From Thecamonas trahens ATCC 50062 (taxonomy: Eukaryota > Protista > Apusomonadida), in contig NW_013657605.1 of assembly GCF_000142905.1 (NCBI RefSeq), positions 1 to 64,000 on the forward strand: DNA of 64,000 nucleotides, read 5' to 3'. Shown here piece after piece: positions 31,257 through 40,866 of the stretch. The translations under genes were made by a program, and so were the position numbers. Positions within the stretch are counted from its first letter, which is position 1, and each line of letters opens with the position of its first letter. The notes beneath the pieces were generated by a model, which did not search any database, was not told where the DNA came from, and saw nothing but the letters and a program-made list of their open reading frames with translations.

Positions 31257-31549
31257 CTGATCTCTGTCGTTGTATTCTGTGCTCAGCTCATCAAACCATG
31301 CCAGCCGATGCAGGTAGCCCCCCCCCCCCCCCTCCCCCCCCCCCTGGGAGGGGAGGGGGTGACGAGCAAAGTTACAACGAAGCGAATGCGCGCCAAAATG
31401 TTGTTGTTTCCAGCCACATGCTCGTTTGTTTACATATATGTTTGTTCGTTCGTTCGTTCAACGGTGGTGCAAGACCAGCGACAACGCCGCCGCCCGCCGC
31501 CACCCTTGTCGACAAGCACTGCACGACTCTGGGTGAGAGGAAGAAGACG

Positions 31550-32458
31550 ATGATGTTTGCTGCGCGTAGTGTGTGGCACGAGAGCGAGCATGTGGGCAAC
31601 AACGAGAACATCGAGCCGGCTGACCATCGTCACATGGTGATGAAGATGATGGCCAAGTCGCCGCACGCGGCCAACAACATGCCGACAACGACAAAGCCGT
31701 CAAAGTCATCAAAGTCACCCACTCGCTCAGGCCTACCCCCTGCTGCTGCTACCGCTACTACTACTACTACTACTACTACTGCTGCTGCTGCTGTTGCTGC
31801 TGCTGGGCCTCGTCGCCTGGCTGCCCATGGCTCTGCGCCTCATCGCTCGACGCCTGTTTTGGCGCCAAAGTCGCAGACGTTCAAGCGCTCACCGTCGGCA
31901 GGTACTGCTACTGGCGCACGCCGTACGGGGCCTTTTGGTCGGCTCAACAACTACAGCGGCGGAAGCAATAGCCCGCCGACGGTTTACGATGACGCGATGG
32001 GAGGACGCCATGGCGATGATGATGCTCTGCGCCAGATCTCAGCTGGTGACGATCCTCCACGCGCTAATGAGGCTGAGCTCCCCCTGGAGCTCCTGTTTCA
32101 GCTGGCCGACAAGGAGAACGTCGATCCAGAGACAGGCGTGCTGCAGGTGCCGAATCCTGCCGTGCTTGGAAGCTATGCCCTGCGCCGGCCGTTGCGGGAG
32201 CTGCCCATCGAGGCGAGCAAGGCGAGCAGGAGCGAGGGTGAGGCGGAAGCCGAGGTCGGCGTCGAGAACAGGTCTGTGCCGGCAGGTGCTGCCCGGCGCG
32301 CTGGAAAGGAGAGCAAGCGGAAGAGTAAGCGGAGGCACAAGCTGGGCTACAACCGGGTCCGCGGCGGTGAGCCGGTGGCGCATCGCGGGCCGTCAGCCTT
32401 TGCTCGCTTGGATCGCAACGAGGGCATGCACGCCCAGCGGGCCATCAAGCTCCGGTAG
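31550..32458 (+). CDS. Disordered protein with KEN-box, D-box-like and C-terminal LR motifs
   Basis: ATG at 31550; GNNENIEP, DKENVDP, LRRPLRELP and C-terminal AIKLR*. Confidence 0.7.
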   Translation: MMFAARSVWHESEHVGNNENIEPADHRHMVMKMMAKSPHAANNMPTTTKPSKSSKSPTRSGLPPAAATATTTTTTTTAAAAVAAAGPRRLAAHGSAPHRSTPVLAPKSQTFKRSPSAGTATGARRTGPFGRLNNYSGGSNSPPTVYDDAMGGRHGDDDALRQISAGDDPPRANEAELPLELLFQLADKENVDPETGVLQVPNPAVLGSYALRRPLRELPIEASKASRSEGEAEAEVGVENRSVPAGAARRAGKESKRKSKRRHKLGYNRVRGGEPVAHRGPSAFARLDRNEGMHAQRAIKLR

Positions 32459-32600
32459 GCCAGGCGCAGCGCGGACGCGACTGCGCGGCGCTGATGCCGG
32501 GCCGCGAACGATAACTGATGTAAACATGTAGCCATGACGGAGGGGCTCGTGCGTGCGCGGGTGTGTCTCACGTGGTCGAAACAGGACAGCTCAGCAGAGC

Positions 32601-33581
32601 TCACGACTCTTCATTGGACTCGTCCTGGATCATGAGCTTGAGGGCAAGCTCGTAGATGAAGAACGTGACGGCGTTGGCCGGAAAGGCGCGAATGATGCAG
32701 GCCGACATGCCGCGGAAGAAGACGGCGTGGCCTTCGGCAGCGTACAGTGAGCGGGCGGTGGCGAGCATCGACGGCGGGTTGACCATACCCGGGTCGCGGG
32801 CCTGGACCTTGGTCTTGATCACATCGATCGGGTAGGTCGAGACCCAAGCCAGCGTGCCGCCAATGCCACCGGAAAGCAAGGTCGCCGTGGCCACGGCGGT
32901 GGCCGACAGCTCGTCGGCGGAGAGCTCGTCGGGCAACAGTAGCCGCTTCACGAGCTCGTACGACGAAAAGTAGAGGGCATACGACGGGATTTCGCGGACA
33001 AACGACGGGACCAGGCCCTGCATGATTGCCAGCGGGCCGCCAACACGCACAATGTGCCGGATGGTCGCAATGTTGCCACGGTACTCGGCGGTCTTGCGCT
33101 TGGCGCTCTGGTTCTGCAGCTGGATCTTGATGAGGTCGATGGGCGAGGTGATCATCGAGCACGCTAGCCCGGCACCGGCGCCGGCCAGCGCCACCGCCCC
33201 GATTGTCAGCTGCTGGTCTGCGTTGGCATCACCGCGCTCTGCAACGTCCGCAGCCTCGGTCCCACCTCCCGGCAGGAGTGCCGCCAGCGCGCCGTCGGGC
33301 TCCATGATGGCTCTTGTCAGATAGCCGTACGTCACAAACAGCACGGCATTGACCGGCGCACACCCGAGCGCCGGCGAGAGCATGCCTTTGTACAGTGCGG
33401 CCACGCCCTCTTTGCGCATCGTTGCTTGGAACGCATCCAGCAACCCAGTGTACGTCCCGGCCGGCCGCGCCTGCATCCGCACCTTGACCGTGTCCAGCGG
33501 CTGGCCTGCGACCACGCCCGATACTCCACCCAGCACTCCGGCCAGAAAGTCCTTGATCGGATCGGACTCGACGGCAGCCAT
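32601..33581 (-). CDS. Mitochondrial carrier (SLC25; carnitine/acylcarnitine or basic amino acid carrier-like)
   Basis: Three PxDxxK signatures (PLDTVKVRMQ, PIDLIKIQLQ, PIDVIKTKVQ), plus LYKGM, REIPSY and RAFPANA. Confidence 0.96.
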   Translation of the reverse strand: MAAVESDPIKDFLAGVLGGVSGVVAGQPLDTVKVRMQARPAGTYTGLLDAFQATMRKEGVAALYKGMLSPALGCAPVNAVLFVTYGYLTRAIMEPDGALAALLPGGGTEAADVAERGDANADQQLTIGAVALAGAGAGLACSMITSPIDLIKIQLQNQSAKRKTAEYRGNIATIRHIVRVGGPLAIMQGLVPSFVREIPSYALYFSSYELVKRLLLPDELSADELSATAVATATLLSGGIGGTLAWVSTYPIDVIKTKVQARDPGMVNPPSMLATARSLYAAEGHAVFFRGMSACIIRAFPANAVTFFIYELALKLMIQDESNEES

Positions 33582-34803
33582 CTTGCTCTACTTGGCGAAC
33601 CGTGACGGGGGGAATATCAGATCAGATAGCCTGTCCAGTTGTCGGTACAGCGATGACGCAATCTCCGCGTGGCAGCAGCGGTCACTACAAGCAGAGGACG
33701 ACGACGACAAAGAGCGAGTCAAGTACTTTGATCAAAGCGCTGGTGGCGTAGCCAAAGTTCTTAGCTACACGACAGTACCTCGCACGCGAAGCAGCGACCA
33801 ATGTGCTCGGCTGTGCAGACTGTTTCTTCCTCTGCACGTTTTGCTCGCAAAATGCCGGTCGTGTTGCTCGTTCGAGTCGGCGGTCGGTCGAGTCAGCCAA
33901 GAGGCGCGCAAGCGACGAGAGCCAGTGAGAGCGACTCAGGTGAGCAATGCGGAGAAGGTAAGCAAGCACACCCAAGTTTGATGTGCTTCGTCTGTAGAAG
34001 AGGTCCTACTTGAGCCGCAAGCAAGTTCTGGTCAGAGTGCGTCAAGTGGACGTCTCAGACGACGTCGCCAACTACCTCTCCCTCTCGCCACCTAGGCCAG
34101 CTCAACGCGTGGCAGGGCGCGACCCGACGGCGAATTTGGCTCATGCGATAATTTTTTTTTGTCAAGCAGTTATTTTTTGGGGGCAGCCCCCCCCCCGCAC
34201 CCGGCGCCAACCGCGCCTCCCGTCCCTCGAGCAGTATTCCTCACCATACACATGAGCTCGCGAACAGGGTGGTCCCCTGGTGCAGGTTGCGGCGGGGAGG
34301 AGGGGTCCCGTTGAATGCCACGGCGACGTTTTTGAGCATAGGTCGTTCGGCTTGATATCGCGTATGCGGGCCGAAATAGACAAGGCAAAGGGCTCGAGTC
34401 GATCACAGGAGGTAGCCAGTGTGTGTATGCTTAGCCCTCGGGTTCACGGTGATATTGCAAGACGTTCGCCTGGGCCAGCTCTTGCCGTGGCGCCGGCTTC
34501 CATTTGTGAGTCGATGGCTGCCACGCAAGCTTCCATTCTTCCCCTCAGCGCCCCGGGTGCACTTTCTAACCTCTATCTCGGCCGCATCCATCCCCTCTCC
34601 CCGACAACGTGTGCCCCCCCCTTGCTTCCGTACCACGGCCTCAACTCCCACGGCGTTGTCTGCCTCTGACTGATGTAGATCGAGCGCATGCCGTCGATTT
34701 GAAGCGGCGAAAAGGGGCTCTCTGCAGGCAGGCCAGAGGGCATTCCTTCTTTTCCTTCATGGCAGCAACAAAACCATGACGATTTCTCTGCGGCGTCCAT
34801 ACG

Positions 34804-36333
34804 ATGAACAAAGGCCACAATCAACCATTCCAAGGGCAAGAATTGATGACCATGAAAGCGCGTGCCAACTATCAACGCAACCGATCGCACGGACAGTATG
34901 TATCGAACCCGGTTCTGCAGCAGCAGGACATCCTCCAGGTCCAGGAGAACATCTTTGCGCAACCGCCAGTTGCGCCGCATGCGTTTGCGCCGCCTGGAGC
35001 TGTTGCGCCGCCAACGGCGACGTATGGACGTGGCGGCGACTCGGTGACGCCTATGGATCCGCAAAACTCGCTGCCGGCGACGTGGGGCCGGGAAGATGTG
35101 TGGTGCTCTCATCGGACTATCGAGGACGGCTCACGGGTGCTTGCGCGGTCAAACCGGACTGGTGAGGCGCGGTTCGTGGACGGGCCTGCGCGGCCGTTCC
35201 TCTACCGATCGACGATTGTGTACGTGCGGCAGTACACGGCGTCGACGACGACGTATCTTGTGGTTTCGTACCGGTCCGGCGAGATCAAGCACATCATGGG
35301 CCCAACGCAGCTGTGGTTTGATCCACTGACCATGTCGTCGGTCAAGGTTATGCCGGTCGTCCGGCTCAACTCGAACGAGGCGCTGGTCATGTTCTCGTCG
35401 CCCGACGGCGAGGACGGCGCGGGTGAGGACGTGCAGCGGCGGATTATCTACGGACCAACGGCAATGATGCCAGCACACAACGAGTGGATCGAGACGTTCT
35501 CGTGGGGCGGCGAGGGCGGAGCAACGTTCTCGCGCCTCCGGCTGGTTCCTGAAGAGTTCTCAGTGGAGATCGAGAACGCGCGGACTACCGATGATGCGAC
35601 GCTCAAGCTCAACTTTGCGCTTGTCTTCCGGCTTGTTGACATCGAACGGATGTGCGACGAGACGGCGGATCCAGTTGCGGACGTGACATCGGCCATTGCG
35701 GCCGACGTCCTTGCCTTTGTCTCCAAGATGAGCTTTGAGGAGTTCAAGGCCTTTACTGAGAACCTCAACAACACTGACTCGTTCCCGAACCTTGTGCGGC
35801 GGGCCGAGGCCTCGGGCTTCCAGATCATGAACATTGCGTTCCGCGGGTACTCGGGAACCTCGACCATGCAGGGTCTGCAGGAGCGCGGCTTTGAACGGCG
35901 GAAGCAGCTTGAGCTCGAGACCGAGACCGAGTCGCAGAAGCAGGAACTGCTGGCCTTCAAGCAGCGGGCCGAGCTCGAGCGGTCCAACGAGCGCCGCGAG
36001 ATGGAGCTTGCTGAGAAAAACCATGTGATGGAGCTCGCGATCCTGGAGCAGGAGAAGCAGGCCAAGATCAAGGCTACTGCGGCGCGCATCGAGCTCGAGG
36101 CGCGCCAGGCGGAAATGGCGGCCGAGGAGGAGCACGCCCGCAACATGCTTGCGCTTCGGACCGACTACCTCCGGACGCTTGCCTCGGATCTCAGCGTCGA
36201 TCTCACAAAGGTTCTTGTGGCACAGGCTGCCATCTCGCCGGACTCATTCATCAAGGTCGACCTCGGCGACAACCCCGAGGGCACCGTCCACTTGCACGCA
36301 TCGCCGACGCCATCGTCACAAACGCGGCGGTGA
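34804..36333 (+). CDS. SPFH/band-7 protein with major-vault-like N-terminal beta repeats and C-terminal coiled coil
   Basis: Repeats ARFVDGP, IKHIMGP and RRIIYGP; SPFH-like ARTTDDATLKLNF...DPVADVTSAIAADV...GFQIMNIAFRGY; then an E/R/K/A-rich helix. Start codon uncertain. Confidence 0.7.
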   Translation: MNKGHNQPFQGQELMTMKARANYQRNRSHGQYVSNPVLQQQDILQVQENIFAQPPVAPHAFAPPGAVAPPTATYGRGGDSVTPMDPQNSLPATWGREDVWCSHRTIEDGSRVLARSNRTGEARFVDGPARPFLYRSTIVYVRQYTASTTTYLVVSYRSGEIKHIMGPTQLWFDPLTMSSVKVMPVVRLNSNEALVMFSSPDGEDGAGEDVQRRIIYGPTAMMPAHNEWIETFSWGGEGGATFSRLRLVPEEFSVEIENARTTDDATLKLNFALVFRLVDIERMCDETADPVADVTSAIAADVLAFVSKMSFEEFKAFTENLNNTDSFPNLVRRAEASGFQIMNIAFRGYSGTSTMQGLQERGFERRKQLELETETESQKQELLAFKQRAELERSNERREMELAEKNHVMELAILEQEKQAKIKATAARIELEARQAEMAAEEEHARNMLALRTDYLRTLASDLSVDLTKVLVAQAAISPDSFIKVDLGDNPEGTVHLHASPTPSSQTRR

Positions 36334-38358
36334 CTAGTGCTTGGGCAGCGGGAGGAGGCTTGCTGGCTTGGCAAAGATCGGCGGCGCGGACGCTGAGCTT
36401 GTGGCCGCCAGTCCTCCGCCCGAGTACATGCCACCGAGCACGTCGGTCGGAGCCGGTGTGGCCAGCTTGGCCAGCTCGGCCAACTCGGGCGGTGCGGTCC
36501 TTGGGAGGCCGACGAGCAGGCTGAACCGGTCGCGGTCCGGCAGGACCTTGATGGAGAGCGTGCCGAGAAGCGCGCCACCGCAGGCCAGGATCTTGGTCGA
36601 GAGCGCAATGTCGAGCGGGCGAGTGGTGGCGACGTGAGTAAACGGCTCATCGAGCGCAATGGCTGTGTCACCTGTAGCGACGCCACCACGGCGGACGTCG
36701 ACCAGCGCAGGGTTGACTACAGCCGAAACAAACCAGTCGTGTTCCTTGATGACAGAGTCAAGCTCGACGAACTTGTCCTTGCACTCAATGCGGGTGATGA
36801 ACAACGCCGTGGCCAGCTCGGACGGCTTGAGGACGGTGCCCGGTGGGCAGTCGGGTAGGACCAAGGCGAGGGTAATGTCGGCGTCGGTGCCAACGACCGC
36901 AGCGCTGAGGGCGCCGGCGGAAGCTGAGGCTGTGAGAAGCGCCGAGATCGTCGCGGTTGTGTTGATGTTGTCAAACAAGTCACCCTCCGCCCGCGGGTCG
37001 TCGACAACCAGCGCGGAACAGCTGTTGTTGTCGCTCCCGACCCACGCACTGGCGGCCGCTGGACCGAGGGCAGTGACAAAGGCGTCCGCGATCTGGTCCG
37101 GGAGAGCCGGCGAGCGGATAAGGGCGTCGTCTTTGGCGACAGCAAGAACAATCCTGCCTTGCGGGCCGTGGACGGCCGGGCAGTGCGGCTGGACAATGAG
37201 CATGTCTCTAAAGTGGCCGATAAGGGAGAGGCCCTTGGCGTAGAGCGCGTTGGCGACGGCCTCCATGTACTGGAGGCGAATGTCGTCCATGTCAAAGTCG
37301 ATGCCCTTGGCCTTGGCGTGGAAGAGTCCGTCCTTATGGACTTCGAGACCGTCGGTCTTGAGCTGCAGGCCGGTGAGGCCGGTGAGGATGGCGGCGCGGA
37401 CGGCCGGACGGTGCGAGCCGAGCGAGGTCGAGACAATGACCTCGGCGTTCGCAAAGCGGATGGCAACCGGCGTAGCGAGCTCGCTCGCAGAGTCGTGGGT
37501 GGCAAACTTAAGCAGGCTGGTCTTGGCGCGAGGATCGTACTGGGTGTGAACAAGGCGGCCGCCGGCGGCCTGCGCGGCGTCGATGAGGCCGACGACAGCG
37601 TTGACCGAGCACTTGCTGGCGAGTTTGGAGTCGTTCGGATAGCGGAGGAGGGCATGCGGGCCGTCCATCTCGTCGATGACGAGGTTGGTGTCGGGGCTGG
37701 CATTGTACGACGACCAGGTCGGAGCCATGCGCGCCACAAAGTGGACGTAGCTCATTGGGGCCGGGTGCGGGACGACGAGAGACTCGTTGTCGGCGATGCC
37801 TGCGAGCCAGACAGTGCCGGCCGGCAGAGCGCCGCCCTGCAGCGAGACCATGGGTGTCTGATCAGTCCAGAGCATCTTGATGGCGAGCTGACCGGCAGCG
37901 GCCCCTGGCTGCGACGGGTGGGCAACCGGGAACCAGAACTCGTCTGACGTCGACGTGCCGGTGGCGAGCGAGTCAGCGGTGGCGGCCTTGGTAAGGATGT
38001 CCTCAGCCGAGACAAAGACGGTGCCCATGGCGTCAGCCGGGCCGAGACGGTCCCAATCGAGGATCTGGAGGGAGAAGCCCGGTGCGGCCATGAGGGGCAG
38101 CAAAAAGGTATTCTTTGCGCCGGAGGAAGCACCGAGACCCGAGCCGCCACCGCTCGATGACTCACCATCGTCGGCCCAGACCGGAGCAAGCGACTTGGTC
38201 ACGACGGGGGTGCGGAAGGAGACGGCGCCAGCTTGGACGACAACAAACGGGTCGGAGCTCTTCTTGTCACACACCAGTAGCTCGCGTCCGCGGCAAACGG
38301 TGACTTGGACAACTCCGGTCAGAATTGTGGTGATGGTGCTGGTGCTGGTGCTGGCCAT
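36334..38358 (-). CDS. C2-domain protein
   Basis: GVVQVTVCRGRELLVCDKKSSDPFVVV...FRTPVVTKSLAPVW...LQILDWDRLGPADAMG is a C2 domain with Ca-binding Asp residues. The rest is unrecognised. Confidence 0.8.
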   Translation of the reverse strand: MASTSTSTITTILTGVVQVTVCRGRELLVCDKKSSDPFVVVQAGAVSFRTPVVTKSLAPVWADDGESSSGGGSGLGASSGAKNTFLLPLMAAPGFSLQILDWDRLGPADAMGTVFVSAEDILTKAATADSLATGTSTSDEFWFPVAHPSQPGAAAGQLAIKMLWTDQTPMVSLQGGALPAGTVWLAGIADNESLVVPHPAPMSYVHFVARMAPTWSSYNASPDTNLVIDEMDGPHALLRYPNDSKLASKCSVNAVVGLIDAAQAAGGRLVHTQYDPRAKTSLLKFATHDSASELATPVAIRFANAEVIVSTSLGSHRPAVRAAILTGLTGLQLKTDGLEVHKDGLFHAKAKGIDFDMDDIRLQYMEAVANALYAKGLSLIGHFRDMLIVQPHCPAVHGPQGRIVLAVAKDDALIRSPALPDQIADAFVTALGPAAASAWVGSDNNSCSALVVDDPRAEGDLFDNINTTATISALLTASASAGALSAAVVGTDADITLALVLPDCPPGTVLKPSELATALFITRIECKDKFVELDSVIKEHDWFVSAVVNPALVDVRRGGVATGDTAIALDEPFTHVATTRPLDIALSTKILACGGALLGTLSIKVLPDRDRFSLLVGLPRTAPPELAELAKLATPAPTDVLGGMYSGGGLAATSSASAPPIFAKPASLLPLPKH

Positions 38359-38420
38359 GGCGTGAATTGACGGAAGTGAGGTGGTCGACAACAGGTTTGG
38401 CCCGACCCGACAACGCCGCT

Positions 38421-40349
38421 TTACTCGGTGGTGATACCATCGACAATGCGCTGGATCTGGTCGAGCGGGAGGTCAAGGCCGCCGTAGAGGCCGACTCCCG
38501 AGGCAGCGGACGAAGTGAGGCGCGAGGCGATAAAGGCGTCGGCGACGTCGCCGTCGGCACGTTGCATCATGAGCATGGCCTGGAGGGCGAGGGCGAGTGA
38601 GTGGACGGCGGCACGGCCCTGGACAAGATCCATGCTGCCGGTCTTGAGAGCGTTGACGGCCGGCGAAGCGGCAAGGAAGGAGGCAGCGCGCGAGTCGGCG
38701 GCGAGCTCGGTCTCGAGCTTGCCGAGGAAAGCGGCCATGGCTGCCGGCTCCTTGGCCGCCGCCCTCATGATGTCAAGGACCATGACCGAGCCCGAGCCCT
38801 CCCAGATGGCGTTGAGTGGCGACTGGCGGAAGAGGCGCGGCATGCCGTTGGCGGCATCGTCAACGTATCCATTGCCGCCAAACACCTCCATGGCCTCTGC
38901 GGCAAAGCCCGGCAGGCGTTTGCAGACAAAGAACTTGGACATGGCGGTGGCGACGCGGGCGTAGGCAGCAGCCTCGGCATCACCCTCGGCTGCGCCCTCA
39001 AAGGCGGCCATCAGCTCAAAGGCCATGAGGGTGGCGGCGTGCGACTCGAGCGCAAGGTCTGCAAGCACGTTGGCGCCGAGCGGCGAGTCGGAAATGGTGG
39101 TGCCAAAGACCGAGCGGTGTGCGGCGTGATGCGCGGCACGGGCGAGGCCCATCCGCATCGAGCCGGCCGAGCCGGTGACGCAGTCGAGTCGGGTGTGGTG
39201 GACCATCTCGAGGAGGGTGGCGATGCCGCGCCCGGGTGCGCCCATGAGGAAGCCGACCGCGTCGCGATACTCGACCTCGGACGAGGCGTTGGACCGGTCG
39301 CCGAGCTTGTTCTTGAGCCGCATGACTTGGAAGCCGGCGTTGCGTTCGCCGCTCTCGAGCCACCGCGGGACAAGAAAGGCCGACATACCCTCGTCAGTGT
39401 AGGCGAGGGTGATGAACGCATCTGACATGGGCGCTGAGGTGAACCACTTGTGCCCAACAAGGGTATGCGGGGCGGCGGCAGCCTCTTCCGCAGTCAGGCC
39501 CATCCGCGCAGCGGCCGAGCCCGAGACCGGCGTGGCGAGCGTGGTGTTTGCCCGCACGTCAGATCCGCCCTGCTTTTCGGTCATCGACATGCCAAGCGTC
39601 ACGCCGGGCTTCTGGTTTGCCGGAACGTCGCGGCCGTCGTACACGCCGCCGCGGATGCGGTTCGCCCACGTGAGTGCCAGCGCACGGCACCCGTTCGACA
39701 CCCGCTCGTCGCTCGTCGTCGCCACAGACTTGAGCAGAGGAAAAGCTGCGTTGGTCATGACCAGCGGGCATGTCGATCCGTGCTCCCACTGCGAGTGCAT
39801 GTACAGCATGGCGCCGCGCGCCGTGTACCGCCCGCGCACGCTCTCATCGGCCCACACGCCATGGCCTACGCCATGGACCGTTCCGGCCTCCATCACATCG
39901 TGCCACGCCGGATGAAAGTCGACCGCGTTGATGCGATTGCCGACAGCGTCATATGCAGCGAGGACGGGCCCGTTCTCGTTGGCCATAGCCGCCAGCGCGT
40001 AGTTGGCCTCGTGTCCGTAGTAGTGACCCGCCTCGATGAGGGCGTCTTTGGAGACGACCGAGGTGCCACCGGCAATGTGGTCATCACCAGCTTCTTTTCC
40101 ATCCCCAGCCCCCATCGCCCGCTCCGTCGCCGCCACCACCAGCGGATCGGTCGTGTACACATTGGCTGAATATGCCGGCGCCTGGTTGGTCACCTCGTGC
40201 GTCGCCGCTGCCCGAGCACCCTCACTGCTGCTCGCCCTCTGTGTCCCGACCAGTCCGCCAGCTCCACCTGCATGCGCACCCGCTCCTCTCCATCCCATCC
40301 TGCCGCCTGCTGCTGCCACCCGGGCTGCAAGTCCTGCTGTGCGTAGCAT
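38421..40349 (-). CDS. AidB-type acyl-CoA dehydrogenase with putative mitochondrial presequence
   Basis: HEVTNQ, VDFHPAWH, CPLVMT, GMSMTEKQGGSDV, GHKWFTSAPMSDAF, RLKNKLGDRSNASSEVEY, EAMEVFGGNGYV, RQSPLNAIWEGSG. Arg/Ala-rich N-terminus MLRTAGLAARV. Confidence 0.93.
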   Translation of the reverse strand: MLRTAGLAARVAAAGGRMGWRGAGAHAGGAGGLVGTQRASSSEGARAAATHEVTNQAPAYSANVYTTDPLVVAATERAMGAGDGKEAGDDHIAGGTSVVSKDALIEAGHYYGHEANYALAAMANENGPVLAAYDAVGNRINAVDFHPAWHDVMEAGTVHGVGHGVWADESVRGRYTARGAMLYMHSQWEHGSTCPLVMTNAAFPLLKSVATTSDERVSNGCRALALTWANRIRGGVYDGRDVPANQKPGVTLGMSMTEKQGGSDVRANTTLATPVSGSAAARMGLTAEEAAAAPHTLVGHKWFTSAPMSDAFITLAYTDEGMSAFLVPRWLESGERNAGFQVMRLKNKLGDRSNASSEVEYRDAVGFLMGAPGRGIATLLEMVHHTRLDCVTGSAGSMRMGLARAAHHAAHRSVFGTTISDSPLGANVLADLALESHAATLMAFELMAAFEGAAEGDAEAAAYARVATAMSKFFVCKRLPGFAAEAMEVFGGNGYVDDAANGMPRLFRQSPLNAIWEGSGSVMVLDIMRAAAKEPAAMAAFLGKLETELAADSRAASFLAASPAVNALKTGSMDLVQGRAAVHSLALALQAMLMMQRADGDVADAFIASRLTSSAASGVGLYGGLDLPLDQIQRIVDGITTE

Positions 40350-40450
40350 GTATGTCGAGGTAAGAGCTAAGTGACGTGTGTCGGGCCACGAGCGATTTCT
40401 CTCAATTTCCTCTCGTTCCGACAATGATTAGCCAACCCCCATACTCTGTC

Positions 40451-40729
40451 CATTGTTCGATACCCGATTATTCCTTGTGCCATTAATCGACACCCAATCA
40501 TTTCTCGTTCCATTAATCGACACCCAATCATTTCTCGTTCCATTAATCGACACCCAATCATTTCTCGTTCCATTAATCGACACCCAATCATTTCTCGTTC
40601 CATTAATCGACACCCAATCATTTCTCGTTCCATTAATCGACACCCAATCATTTCTCGTTCCATTAATCGACACCCAATCATTTCTCGTTCCATTAATCGA
40701 TACCCAATCATTTCTCGTTCCATTAACCG
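40451..40729. repeat. 30-bp minisatellite (CATTAATCGACACCCAATCATTTCTCGTTC) x~9
   Basis: Eight near-perfect units starting at 40481, with degenerate flanking units; lies between divergent genes. Confidence 0.97.
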
Positions 40730-40866
40730 TCAACGACACGTTCACCCGCCGTTCACCAGCCTCCTAACCCAGCCCCCGACGCCCTCAACGTGAGCCAGTG
40801 CCACCTCCCTCCCCCCCCCCCCCTTCACCCACTACCCCCCCTCCCCCTCCCCTCCCTCGTGGAAGT

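Noticed and set aside
4167-32458. Functional cluster of ubiquitin/cell-cycle genes (F-box, CAND1, MOB1, KEN-box protein)
   Set aside because: Interspersed with unrelated housekeeping genes, and such genes are common enough to co-occur by chance.
40451-40729. 30-bp repeats as a CRISPR array
   Set aside because: Units are head-to-tail with no unique spacers, there are no cas genes, and the context is eukaryotic.
40367-40767. ORFs (MEREMIGCRL)n, (NGTRNDWVSI)n and (LIDTQSFLVP)n
   Set aside because: Translations of the minisatellite in a divergent intergenic region, with no coding support.
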